Origin: Lepidodermella squamata
Lineage: Eukaryota > Animalia > Gastrotricha
Length of the DNA stretch: 64,000 nt
Direction: 5' to 3'
Assembly (NCBI GenBank): GCA_047495785.1
Contig: JBLDXI010000032.1
Location: forward strand, 62,001 to 126,000
In this document: one piece after another, positions 46,985-59,692 of the stretch
Layout of the letters: every line of letters begins with the position of its first letter
Numbering within the stretch: position 1 is the stretch's first letter
The notes under the pieces: generated by a model
The model's input: only the letters and a program-made list of their open reading frames with translations
Database searches by the model: none
What the model was told of the DNA's origin: nothing
Made by a program: the position numbers and the translations under genes

Positions 46985-49900
46985 CTACGAGCCTAGCCTA
47001 GGCCTAGCGGCTTTTGACTGGGCATCCGACACATCGTCATCGCAATTCTGGGCTGCGAACAAGGCTGTCCAGCCAGTCGACGGAACTCTGTAATTGACAT
47101 CGGCCCCGAGCACACGTGTGAGCAAGTCAACAACATCATAGCGACCTTTAAAGGATGCCCCCATGAGAACTGAACACCATTTTTCAGATGGAGGATCAAA
47201 CGAATTTCCCAGTTTCATTGCTATTTCAGTTTCATAGTCCAAAGCATTGATATCTGCTTTAAATTGAGAAGTTAGGAGTTTCACAATATCGGCGTGGCCC
47301 CAATAAGCGGCAACGTGTAACGGCATAGTTCCATCTTCATCTTCTACATTAACGTGGCAGTTTAACTCCCCTGCAAGCATTCTGACGACTTCCGCGGAGC
47401 CATTCTGAGCAGCGATATGCAACGGCGTCCAGCCCTCCTTATCTGAAGCATTGACGTCACACTTGAACTCCCCTGCAAGCATTCTGACGATTTCTGCAAG
47501 GCCGTTCTGAGCAGCTAAGTGTATCGGCGCCCAGCCCCTGATATCTCGGAAATCAACGCCGCAGTCGAACTCTCCTGCAAGCAGTCTGACGACTTCCGTG
47601 TGTCCATTCTGAGCAGCGATGTGCAACGGTGACAAGCCATCCTTCTCAAAGACGTTAACGTCGCAGTTGAACTCCCCCGCTAGCAATCTGACAATTTCCA
47701 GGTGTCCATTCTGAGCAGCGATGTGCAGTGGCGTCAAGCCATCCTCAGTAGGAGCATCAACGTCGCATTTGAACTCCCCTGCCAGAATTCTGACGACCTC
47801 CCTGTGACCATGATGAACAGCGATGTGCAACGGCGTCCAGCCATCGAAATCAGAAGCATTGACGTTGCATTTGAACTCTCCCCCAAGAATTCTGACGATT
47901 TCTGCAAGGCCATTCCCGGCAGCAATATGCAACGGCGAACAGCCATCCCTCGCAAAAGCGTTAACGTCGGAGTTGAACTCCCCCGCTAGCATTCTAACGA
48001 TTTCCAGGTGTTCATTCTGAGCAGCAATGTGCAACGGTGTCCAGCCTCTGTTATCCAAGGCAATAACGTTGCATCTGAACTCCCCAGCTAGCATTCTGAC
48101 GACTGCCGTGTTTCCATTCTGAGCAGCGATGTGCAACGGCGTCAAGCCGTTCTCCTCAGGAGCATTAACGTCACATCTGAACTCCCCTGCTAGCAGTCTG
48201 ACGACTTCCGTGTGTCCATTCTGAGCAGCGATGTGTATCGGCGTCCAGCCATCTTGCCTTGAGGTATTAATGTTGCAGTTGAACTCCTCTGCAAGCATTC
48301 TGACGACTTCTGCATGTCCCTCCTGCGCAGCGAAGTGTATCGGCGTCCAGCCTTCCTTCACAGAAGCATTTACGTCGCATTTGAACTCCCCTGCCAGTAG
48401 TCTGATAACTTCCGCGTGTCCCGCCTGAGCAGCGATGTGCAACGGCGTCGAGCCGTCTAACCCAGGCGCATTAACGTTGCAGTTGAACACCCTTGCTAGC
48501 ATCCTAACCACTTCCACTTGTCCCTTCAGGACAGCGAGGTGCAACGGTGGCGTCGAGCCATCTTTCTCAAAGGCATTAACGTTGCAGCTGAACTCCTCTG
48601 CAAGCATTCTGACGACTTCTGCATGTCCATTCTGAGCAGCGATGTGTATCGGCGTCCACCCTTTCTTCACAGAAGCGTTAACGTTGCATTTGAACTCCCC
48701 TGCAAGCATTCTAACGACTGCCAAGTTACCATTCTGAGCTGCTATGTGCAACGGCGTCCAGCCATCCTCGTCAGGGGCATCAACGCTGCAGTTGAACTTC
48801 CCTGCAAGCATTCTGATGACTTCGGTGTGTCCATTTTGAGAAGCGATGTGTAGTGGTGTCCAGCCATCCTCCGCAGAGGCATTAACGTCGCTGTTGAAAT
48901 CGTTTGCTAGCATTCTCACAACATCAACGGAGCCATTCAGTGCTGCGAGATGCAAAGGGGTAAATCCCATCACCATTGCACTGTTCACTGTGATGTATTC
49001 GTTTGCGAGAAGTCGAACCACTTCGGCCTGACCCTCCCCAGCTGCGATATGCAATAAATTCATTTTGCGCCCATCCTGCTTTTGCACGTTTGCCTTCATC
49101 GCACCTGCTAATAATTTAAAAACCTTAGCGTGGCCATTCTTGACTGCTGCCCAAATTGGAGTTTCGTCGTTGTTTGTTGCAGCATCGATGCTTTCGTTCG
49201 AAGCCGTTCCAAGGATATTAACCGTACGTAAATTGCCGCTATTCGCAGCAATGTAAATGGGAGTTCTTCCCAATAGGTCCTTAGACAGCGGATTAGCATT
49301 GAACCTATTTACCAATAGTTTTGCTATCTCATCATGTCCTTCTTGTGCAGCTAGAAACAATGGGGTCACGCCTTCGCTGTTCTCGCAGTTAACGTTTATG
49401 TTCAAAGCCGTGGTTGATAAAAGCGATTCGATTTCTTCGACTTTGTTCAGTCTGATAAGGCGAAAAAGCAACTACATAAAATGATAGCAATTCATTGATG
49501 ATCAAGGAAAATTGTGGATTACTTTTTCTCCCGCGCTCAGGTCCGAGATTGCAAGATTTCCATCGGAAGCTGTTTTCATGAGCTGATTGGCGATTTGGTC
49601 CTCTGTTAACGAATTATCCGTTGCGTTAAGCAAAGCTAGCGGCGAGTCGCGCCTCGAGCTGGTTTTTTCACGAATCATCCCCATGATCGCGTTTCGGAAT
49701 TTAATCGAATAACCACGGGAATCATCAAAGTTTTTCGGATGATTGCTGTAATAGTGGATTGCTATAAGTAATTGGGTGAATTGCGCGAAGGCTTATCGAT
49801 TGAAACTTACAAAAGGATAGCCAATGTAGAATCAAACTGAAATTATTTTGTATTAACAAACATTATTTCCACCCAGAGAATTAGCTTACAGGCATGTAGA

Positions 49901-52330
49901 AATTTGCCAACTCGAACAAAGTGACTCCCAAAGACCACCAGTCGCTCGCGTGCGAGTGATCTACCTTTGCAAATAGTTCAGGAGCCTTGTAAAGCTGTTT
50001 ACCGTGTCCCAAGTTTTTAACTGGTAGCTGCTTGCTTCTTTGCGATCATTGTTACATGCGGATATTGCATCAAAATCGATCCTACCTCTCGTAAACCTTC
50101 GCGAACCCGAACCCTCCAACCTTGACAGAAGTGCCGTTGTTGAGAAAAATATTCTTGGGTTCTATTGCGCGATGGAGGATTCCGCTTTCGTGCAGCTTGG
50201 CCACCGCAGAAGCAAGCTGTCGTGACCAATCCATCAACAAACTTTCGGGAATAGGCCCAGCTGAATTGTTCTTGTAATCATTCAAATTTCCTTCCGAACA
50301 ATATTCCATCACCAAATAGTAAATTGCACCTGCAGAGCCATGTTCTTCAAACAATTAAAAGAGAAGGAATTATGCGGCTATATAGCAAATGGCATTTGAC
50401 CATTTTTGAGTCATCTCGATTAGGGTGGCAGATGATTATTTGAATTGGGATTCCCCCGATTGTGGAACGGGATACAGTGACATGACTTACGCACTCGATG
50501 CGCGGTAGTACGATATAAGTGCCTCTGACTCACCCTCGAATGATCCGTAAATCGAAATGATGTTTGCGTGTGATAAATCCACGAGTTTAAGATTCTAGAC
50601 GTTAAAACATCTCTGCTTATATGCATTACTTTTCATAAACTACGAAGCTTTACCTCGTCTCGGCTTATATTGATTAGTCGCTCTGCAAAATCAAGATCTT
50701 TGTCATAAATCCGGTGAATCAGACTTAGGTTGTAAGCCTTGACAACATAACGGGCAACGTTTTTGTATCGCCTGCATAGCATTGTCGAGCCAAAGGTGCC
50801 TCTTCCGAGCTCCTTTTCACGCTTGAACTCGTGGATTGAGGAAAATAATTCCAACTTCCGAACTTTAGCTGCGGGCTCTTCGGTCATTTCCATTTGTCTA
50901 ATGAAAGGACAGCTTAGGAGAGCACCAGCGTCAGCTCGATTGGAAGGGTCTTTAACGAGCATCGAGAAAACAAAGCAATGATACTCATTTGAATAAGGCC
51001 GGTCTTTGGCAAAGGATTTTGGTTCTTCCCTGAAAATAAAAAAATCAACATAGTGTGAGCGAAGCGCCAAAGCAACCACTTTGATGACTCATTCGATAGT
51101 ACTTGAAGTAGCCTAACATTATGATGTAGTACGCGTTCAGCTTATTCCAGCACTGATCCTACTGATCGTAATTTGCATTTACGTTAAAGGGTCGAACGTA
51201 GTTCACTTTACGCTCACTTGTCTGCAAATAAGCAATTTCAAGACACTCTCCGCTAATTCGACTTGTCTTGCTTGGCTATTCAAATAAAGCGATTCATAGC
51301 TAAATCTAATCCATAACTAGAATTAACCTGCTTTCATGCTTCAAACTTACTTGATGATATCAGCTTGATTATCAAACTGAAAAAGAACTACATCTATTTA
51401 TTGGGCTCGCGGGACTGATTTGCTTACCGGCAAGTAGAAATTAGCCAGCTCGAATAAAGTCACGCCAAGCGACCACCAGTCGCTCTCCTTTGAATTCTTG
51501 CTACTGAACGTTTCAGGCGCCATGTACAATTTCGTGCCAAAAGCAACTAACATGCTCGCCGAACTTGGCCGAAGGCAAATAGTTTCTTTTCTCATATGCT
51601 TCCTGGAAACTAAAAAGACTCACCCGCCATCTATGTCAGGGGATTTAGCTAAGCCGAAATCGCCAAGTTTCACAGTCCTATCGTCCATGCACAAAAATAT
51701 GTTAGCAGGCTTGATGTCCCGATGCATCGCGCCATGACTGTGAATCTTATTGACAGCGGACACCAACTGGCAAGACCATTCGTGCAAGAGACACTCTGGT
51801 ATTATCGCTTGGAATTCTTTTTTCCGTTTGATGTAATTTTCCAAATCGCCATTTGAACAATGCTCCATCACCAAGTAGTAAATTTCATCCTCCAGCAGTT
51901 TCCAGTGTTCTAGCCCTTCAACCGTTTGTTGCCAAAACTCTATCATAGAAAAAATGTTGTGAGCGATTGGGTGTGTCGCGTAATAATACCTGTAAAAGCG
52001 CCTCGGATAGCGACGATGTTATCATGTTTCAAGCTCTCAATTAATTTGTGCTGAAGAAAAATATCAGATACCAATGCAATTGGAAAGTATATGCCTTACC
52101 TCTTTGCAGCTCAGATCTATTAGTTTCAATGCGAGAGCCACTTCGCCATCTTTATTTCGGTATTTCCTTAGAATCTCGTTGAGATTAACAGCTTTAACCA
52201 CATAGTTAGCTAAATCGCCATCTTTCCGTCGACATAGCCATGCACTACCAAAGCCACCTTTTCCTAACGTTTCAATAATTTTGAATTCGCTTATTGAGGT
52301 GAAAGCTGGCGCCATTTCGGCTGAATTCAT
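46985..52330 (-). CDS. Tandem kinase-pseudokinase-ankyrin repeat protein (NEK-like kinase domains, ~23 ANK)
   Basis: Kinase 1: [33 protein letters not shown]. Kinase 2: [34 protein letters not shown] phase-0 intron 49472-49522 links to the 828-aa ankyrin exon. Confidence 0.85.
47280..48960 (-). repeat. Coding tandem repeat, ~102-bp (34-aa) ankyrin units, ~17 highly similar copies
   Basis: Consensus [30 protein letters not shown] is visible at both DNA and protein level. Confidence 0.92.
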
Positions 52331-53522
52331 GTTCGTATTAGTAGCACGTGCCTTTAAAGGCAAACACATGTTGCATTGTTTCAAAATAATAAAGCACCGG
52401 CCACGGTTAGGCTTTGGGCACAACAAACGAAATACACAGTTTGAACATCGTCCGGTAAGCATATATAGATAGTAAATACAGTAGATCTGACACGCTAGTA
52501 CATTCATGTGTGCCGAGATGACTCATCATGGAATCACGGATGACTCATCTTTTTGCTTTTTGGGTCGGGTGCTGGAAGAAATCACTTGATGAGGGTAATA
52601 ATCTGCGTACTGCAAAAAGTGAGCAGCAACCTAACCTCGCGGACTACCACGTTAGAATTCAAATTCAGTCTCTTAGGCACTGCCACTCGAGTAAGGAAGA
52701 TTTGATGTCAAAGAGACAGTTGTTCAAGTATAGCAATTCAAATGGAGATTCCGTTCGTTTAAAACTTTAAAACGATGCAAGTTGAGAATACCACCAGTCA
52801 CAAAGGAAACAATAGCTGAGCGCAAAAATACAATGAGTAGAAGTTTCATCCGAATGTGCTGCCGAATCTTTGAAAATAGTTGACCGCCAAATGTTGACTA
52901 CAGACTACAGGATGAGTTGTAAATACTCGAGTCGTATATCAACGGATAGAGCGTAAAAGAGTAACATTTTGAATGAGAATTTCTTCGAGAATTATGCCAT
53001 TTGATCACCCAAATTTGATTGTTGATACAATAGTAATCGTTCTGCCCTCCTATTATGAGCAGGCTGTATTTCATTCAAAATCCTACCCCACCTGCCCCGG
53101 TCGCTACGGAGCTCAATGCGCATCATCAGCCTGCATTAAGCATTCTATGTTGTTATTCAGTGTTCAATAGAACTATTGCATATGGCCAATTCATATTATC
53201 CCTATTGACAGTGTTTAGCATAACCTTTAACAGGACACAGTTACGATCGACGCAAACTTAGTAAATTATTACATATTCTGCGTCAATTTTTATAGAGCAT
53301 TTTAAATGTTGGCACAGCATAAATTTCGCCGTTTTTCCCCAGTGGCAAGAAGAAACTTAGTTGATGCTGCAGTAGCGCCGGGGGAACCTATGACAATTAC
53401 AACAACTGATATGTAGCAAGTTCCTTTCGAGGATCACTTGGATTACACGAATCAGACCACCGATGTGACCAATCAGACCAATCAGACCCGGTGTAAACAA
53501 CCTGCCGGGCAGGAAGTCGTTA

Positions 53523-53703
53523 GCTTCGTTGAATAACTCGGATTTAAGCTTGTTTACATCCATTTCGGGGTGATAGGTGACAAGTAAAAAGTCTTTTGTT
53601 TTTTTGTCTCTTCATTCACCTTAAAAAGCCGCTTTTCACTTGTCACGCGTTATCTTGAAACGGATGTGAACAATAAGCCTAAATCGGAGTTATTCAACGG
53701 CGC
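53523..53703. mobile_element. MITE, same family as 9025-9184
   Basis: GCTTCGTTGAATAACTC...GAGTTATTCAACGGCGC inverted ends. Confidence 0.7.
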
Positions 53704-54340
53704 TACCGATGTGTACACCGGGATCAATTTATTCCTGAGCACGCCGGTCTTTTTTACTGTTTCTCCCTTTGACTATTTTAACTTCATTTGCGCTTACTAA
53801 TGAATAACATGTAATGCAAGGCAGTGGCCGTTATTATTTTAAAAAAAATGGGCTGCTAACTTCTGTCACGTTTTTATTTTTTCGATCATTTACTGGATAT
53901 TGTAAGAATTTTATTCTCCTGGCAAGTCATCAATTATTTTTTATGAATAGAGGTATAAGGCATAATTACCATCTACGTGCGCATTTTTTATGATTTTTTC
54001 ATGCTGAATTATAGCGTAATGGTGTGTGAATATGCAAATTAATCAGTGGTTTTTTCTGCTTTTCTCAAGAAAAAGCCTCTCGCTCTGTGTTAAAATGAAT
54101 GTAACACACTGTTACAAAATTTGTACCCCGGTAGCTTGTCTGCCCGAAAGGGACTGAAGGCGAGCTACAAAAATACACGAACAAATCATCACGTCTCGTA
54201 CTGTGAAATCATTTTATTGATCACCCTAATCTTGCTTCACAAAATCTTATCCGCTTAAATTCTCGAAAATAAAATCATTAAAATCAGCTAGCTTAAAAAA
54301 ATCGAACTCGAATCTTAGAGAAGGCAGGCATTGGTGGGCT

Positions 54341-57225
54341 TTAATTCGCCTCGCAATCAGCGGTTTTGCATGACCGTTTGTTGGCGTAGAAATCCTTGGT
54401 TTCAGCCGAGTCTTCGCGCTCTTCGATGTATTCACGCTTTGAAGTCTTGAAATCTGCAAACATTAAATTAATTTATTTCAAATTCGAATTTTAACCCAAT
54501 TTACTTGGCATTTTAGCTTCGCAGATGACAGGAGCACGGTCGAGGCAGGAAACGTCGCTCCAGCGGCCGACGGCGTTGTTATCAACACCGGGGCCTGGCA
54601 GATTGATTTGAACACACTGCTCCTCATAGCCATTGCTCGGCTCATTAGGCGACCAACGGGTGTAGTTGACAATGGTTGGCGGCTGGGTGACAGCGTAAGG
54701 GACTGGTGGGATGGTCCACTGCCAGTAGTCGGAAGAATTTTCGTTACGGTACAGACCGAGCCAGATTTTAGTCCACGCCCTAGGGATCATGAGTGGGCCG
54801 AAGTTGCGAGACAAAAAGTCCCACTCATCAGGGGTCTCGAAGGCGGCAATGTCGGAAATGAGGGGGAACAAGTGCTGGCAGAGTTTGCGAGACGTGGCCT
54901 GGTTGAAGGCGAGCGTGTTGTTGATGTTGAAGTTGTACAGAGAATAGTAGCAAATGCGCTGGTTGTTGCGGTTGTAGTACTCAATACCGGGGCAAGGCGC
55001 TAAAACAATTTCATTATTTGAAATTTTGAATATTCATAAAAACAATTTCATTTTTTGAAAATTTTTGAAATTTTTGAATATTTGAATATTCATAAAAATA
55101 ATTTGAATTTTTTTCAATTTTGATTAATTTTTTTATCTTTCAACTTTTCAACTTTTTTAACTAAGCTAAAAAATTAATAAAAATTGAAAAAAATTCGGTT
55201 CTACGACTAAACCGCAGCGTCTATACAGATCACGACAACTCCGCACGGACAGCACCGCAAAATGAATTTAAAATTAATTAATTGATTATTTTGGCAACGA
55301 CAACTCCGCAAAAGTCAAATTCAATCGAATTTAAAATTTTTATTTAATTAATTGAAATAATTTTTAACACGTCTACTCCGCAAATCATCATTTCAGATAA
55401 CGACAAGCCCGCAAAATATTTATTTTTGCGTATTTAATTAATCTTTCGACTCCACCAGGCTACTTTGATTTGTTAAATCTAAAACCATTCAGAGCAAAAG
55501 TAAGATGGTGGTTAGAGTTGCCATTAGGTATATGGTTTGGAATGGTTCGTTTTCGATAGGTGAATAATTAATTTTGCGGAGTTATCGTTATCTGTGTTAA
55601 TCATTTGCGGAGTTGACGTGATAAAAATTATTTCAATTAATTGAATAAAAATTTTAAATTCGATTTAATTTGACTTTTGCGGAGTTGCCGTTGCCAAAAT
55701 AATTAATTAATTAATTTTAAATTCATTTTGCGGTGCTGTCCGTGCGGAGTTGTCGTGACTGGAGTGTCAAGGGCGGTTTAGTCGTAAGGCGAAAAATTCA
55801 AATTATTTTTATGAATATTCAAATTTTCATGTTTTCAAATTATTAAAAAAATACAAACTATTATTGATTTTATGAATAAATTAAATCAAATAAATTAAAA
55901 AATTACGTTGCTTTTTGCGGTAGTAAGTTTCGTGTTTCCACGACGTGCAGACGACATCGCTGTCCTTGCAGGTGCACTTTTTCAACCAGCACTTCTTCTG
56001 GTTCTCGTCGAAGACCATGCCTTGGCACTCGGCCGTGTTGTCGCATTCAGCCTTGCAGCTCAACAGGGTGGCACTCTCGAACGATTTGATATTGCCGTAG
56101 TTGCGAATCGCGTTGTACCACTCACCCTGGCAGCCGCAAGCACCCGGAAGACGGTCGTAGTCATCAAAAACGTCCCAGGCTGAATCAAATAATTTTTTTA
56201 AAATATTTCAAAAAATTAAAAAAAAAATTACCGTCGCAATAAGTGACATCGCAGTAGCCCCAGCTAGGTGAAGCCTTGGCATCGTTGATGTAGCACCAGG
56301 GCCCAATATCTTCCTTAGGATCAGGGTTGCGGCAATAGTTCGACGCATCCTTAATGCGGTTGTACTCGGGGAAGATCTCAGACTGGTTGATCGATTGCTT
56401 GACAATGGTCGATGGGATTTGAGGTCCAGGAGCTTCCCAGGCCTGGCACGCCTGACCGCAACGAGTTTTCGCGACTTGACCTTTGTAGTCATGCGCCGAT
56501 GCGAGACGACGGCAGCTGTAGGTGTAGATCTGGCAGACAGGGAGAGGGCCCCATTGACCGCTGGGCAGGCACGTGACACTGAGCGAAGATCCTTCGCCTA
56601 AACGGGTCGAGTTGATGCACCTGTAGGTGACGACATCACCTGCGTTGTAGGTGCCCTTGTCGGCGCTCGCTGAGAACAATAAATAAGAATTTTAGCCACA
56701 TTGAAAAAACCTTCGACATATTGAAATTTTCCGGAGGTTTCAAATATTTTTTCAAATTTAATAACAATTGAAAAATTGAAAACATATTGAAAATTTGAAA
56801 AATATTGTAAATTTTTTAAAAAATAAAAAATTGAAATCGAAAAATGAAAAAATTGACAATTGACAATTTTTACATTTTTTGAAAAAATATGAAAAGTGAA
56901 TCAAACGATATATAAAATTTAAGTAACCGGCATTTTTAAATGAAAACATTGTCAAATTTAAATTAAGGTGAAAATCGAATTTACTCAGGGTGGCGTTGAA
57001 TGGCTTTGGAGCACGGCCGCATGAAACTCGGCTAGCTTGGCGCTTGTCGACGAATTGCTGCTCGCCCTCCTCCTCGGCGAGCATATCAATGCGGCGGTAG
57101 TACTCCTGCTCCTCGGCCAGTTTGTTGTCAGCATTATGGTGGCTGTGGCTGATGCGCTTGATCTTCATCGCCTCGGCGGTCGCGAAAACCGCCACAGCGA
57201 TGAGGATAACAATTTTACAACGCAT
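54341..57225 (-). CDS. Secreted Sushi-Kringle-PAN/Apple-C-type lectin protein, copy 1
   Basis: Signal peptide MRCKIVILIAV; DKR; CCP; kringle (NYCRNPD...GPWCY); PAN (CKAECDNTAECQG...CWLK); CTL (WLGL...EPS...WSD..C); tail NFKTSKREYIEE...CEAN*. Confidence 0.88.
55197..55790. mobile_element. Foldback / Mutator-like MITE in an intron
   Basis: Inverted arms of about 215 bp (TACGACTAAACCGC...GCGGTTTAGTCGTA) with repeated ACAACTCCGCA. 9-bp flanks AAAAAATTC / GAAAAATTC (8 of 9 match). Confidence 0.8.
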
Positions 57226-57414
57226 AATGCTTCCTAAAATTAAGGGAAAAACAAACATTTCGTAACTTTATTCCTCCTTAAAACCCTCGAAATTTTTGTT
57301 TTGCCGAAAAAATAATTTTTTCCATGGTCCAATCTACATGTTGAGAACTTAAAAGCCTAATTTAACGGGCAGTTGGTGAGAAAAGCTAAATTCGGGGATT
57401 TTCGTTGATTTCCA

Positions 57415-59563
57415 TCACTGGTTGCTATCTTCGGCGACAACTTCCTCGATGTATTCGCGCTTCTTGCTTCTGAAATCTGTGGAGATAAATAGATGGATTT
57501 TCGATAAAAATCAGGTTTTATGAATCATACTTGGCATATTGGCGCGGCAAATGACAGGAGCGCGGTCAAGGCAATTAACATCGTCCCACTTTCCAACAGC
57601 TCGAGCGTCAACACCGGCGCCAGGGAGGACAACCTTAAATTCGTCAAAATTAAAAAAATTGAAATTTTTCAAAAATGTGTTACCTGAACGCATCGTTCCT
57701 CGAATCCGCCGCTTGGCTGGTTAGGCGCCCAGTTGTTGTAGGTGACAGAAGTAGGCGGCTGGGTGATCCTGTAAGGCGTCGGCGGGGTCGTCCACTGCCA
57801 ATTATCGACATCAATATCGTCGCGGTACATACCGATGAACACTTTCTTGTACTGCGTTGGAATGCGCAGTGGACCGATGTTGCGCGCCAAATCCGTCCAC
57901 TCGTCGGTGGTGTTGAAAATGGCAATATCGGAGATGAGTGGGAACAAATCTTGGCAAAGCTTGCGCGACGTTTCCCAATCGAAAACAACCGTTGATGTCA
58001 TGTTAAAGTTGAAAAGTGTGTAGTAGCAAATGCGCTGGTTGTTGCGGCTATACAACTCAACGCCAGGGCAAGGAGCTAAAAATTGAAATTTAAAAAAATT
58101 AATTTCAAATTTCAAATTTAATTTTTGAAAATTCAATTTAAATTTTCAATTTTTTAAAACTGAAATTTAAATTTGATTTTTAAAGTTAATTATGTAAATA
58201 ACTTCAAACTATTTAGGTTGTTAACAATTTCAAATTTCAATTTCAATTTGAAAATTAAATTAAATTAAAAATTGAATTTTTTAAATTTCAACTTCAATTT
58301 ACGTGTCTTCTTGCGGTAGTAGGTCTCAGGTGTCTTCTCGTCGCATTTGACCTCAGCCGGGGCGCATGAGCACTTCTTCAGCCAGCATTTCTTGATCTGA
58401 TCGTCGAAGACCAAGCCCTGGCACTCGGCCAAGTTGTCGCACTGCGCCTTGCACGTGAACAAATCAGCGTTTTCAATGTTCTTGATGTTGCCATAGCTCT
58501 GGAAAATGTTGTTCTGACAGAAGCAACCGCCGACAAAACGCTCGTAATCGTCCAGGGTGTCGTTTCCGGAGCAATATGGGACATCGCAAATGCCCCAAGT
58601 TGGCGAGGTCGAGTTGGAGGTGTAACACCAAGGGCCAATCTAATTAGATTCAATTTAATGTCGATTTTTTCGTAAAAAAGTTTCTCACATTAGTGGTCGG
58701 GTCTGGGTTGCGGCAGAAGTTCGATGCATCGTAATTGTTGCTATATTCCGGGAAATATTGAGGATCCGACATGCTGGCCTTGATCGTAGTATCAGGGCGT
58801 GCAAGGCTGGTCCAGGCTACGCATGGCTTGCCGCAGCGTGTCGTATTCGTGCGGCCCTTGAACTCGCGGCTAACGGTGGTTCGGCGGCACGAGTACGTGT
58901 ACGACTGGCAAACGGGCAGGCGAGACCACGAGCCGTTGGTGAGGCACGTGACGTCGAGTGTGCCTTCGATGAGGCGCATGAACGACGGGGTGCAACGGAA
59001 GGTGACCACATCGCCGGCGTAATAGGCTGGGCTAGCCGTGCTGACTGGTTATGAAAAAAAAATAAAAAATTCGACGTGTAAGCTAATAAATATTTACTAC
59101 TATTCATCATTAAATTCTTATTTTTTTCTTTTGAATTTTAAATTTTTTGAAAAAGGATTGAAATTTTTAAAATTCATCATTTCAGAATTTAAATTTAAAT
59201 TTTTTTTTAAATTGCAATCCTTTTTCAAAAATTTTTAAAATTTTTAATACATTTCTATCTAATTTTTAAATAATTCAACTTTTGAAAACTAAATTTATGA
59301 TTACCTTGGACAGCGTTCAATGGAGTGGGTGCTTTGCCGCAGCTAGCTCCTCGGCGCGTTGTAGTCGTGGTCCTGGCTGTGGTGGTAGTTGTAGTCACCC
59401 CACGTTTCTCCTTTTGCTCGCTGTGATCAAACGGTGACTCTTCACTGTCTTCCTCGCTTGAATCAAGGTCGATGCTGGTGTAGACATTTTCGTCCGCCTT
59501 GTTCGCCTCAACGGCTGCCAACAGGGCTCCGAGGGCTAATAGCAGCACTATTTCACAACGCAT
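57415..59563 (-). CDS. Secreted Sushi-Kringle-PAN-C-type lectin protein, copy 2
   Basis: Signal peptide MRCEIVLLLALG; acidic propeptide, EKR, Thr-rich linker; same four domains; CTL QPS/WDD; tail NFRSKKREYIEEVVAEDSNQ*. Confidence 0.88.
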
Positions 59564-59692
59564 AATGCTACCCTAAACATTTGAACAAATGTTTTTAAAA
59601 AATTGAGAAATTTTAATAACAATTCGAGGCATATTCAAATATCGAAGCTCAATCACTGGTATCTCGAGAAAATCCATTAATCCCCTCATCAT

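Larger units (their letters stand above)
37597..47022. mobile_element. Complete EnSpm/CACTA (CMC superfamily) DNA transposon, 9426 bp
   Basis: Perfect 23-bp TIRs CCCAGTCAAAAGCCGCTAGGCCT; 2-bp TSD CA (37595-96 and 47023-24); AGGCCT subterminal palindrome arrays (about 37612-37755 and 46868-47005); internal transposase. Confidence 0.95.

Noticed and set aside
47280-48960. Regular repeats resembling a CRISPR-like array, and many antisense ORFs
   Set aside because: These are in-frame coding ankyrin units; the plus-strand ORFs are shadows.
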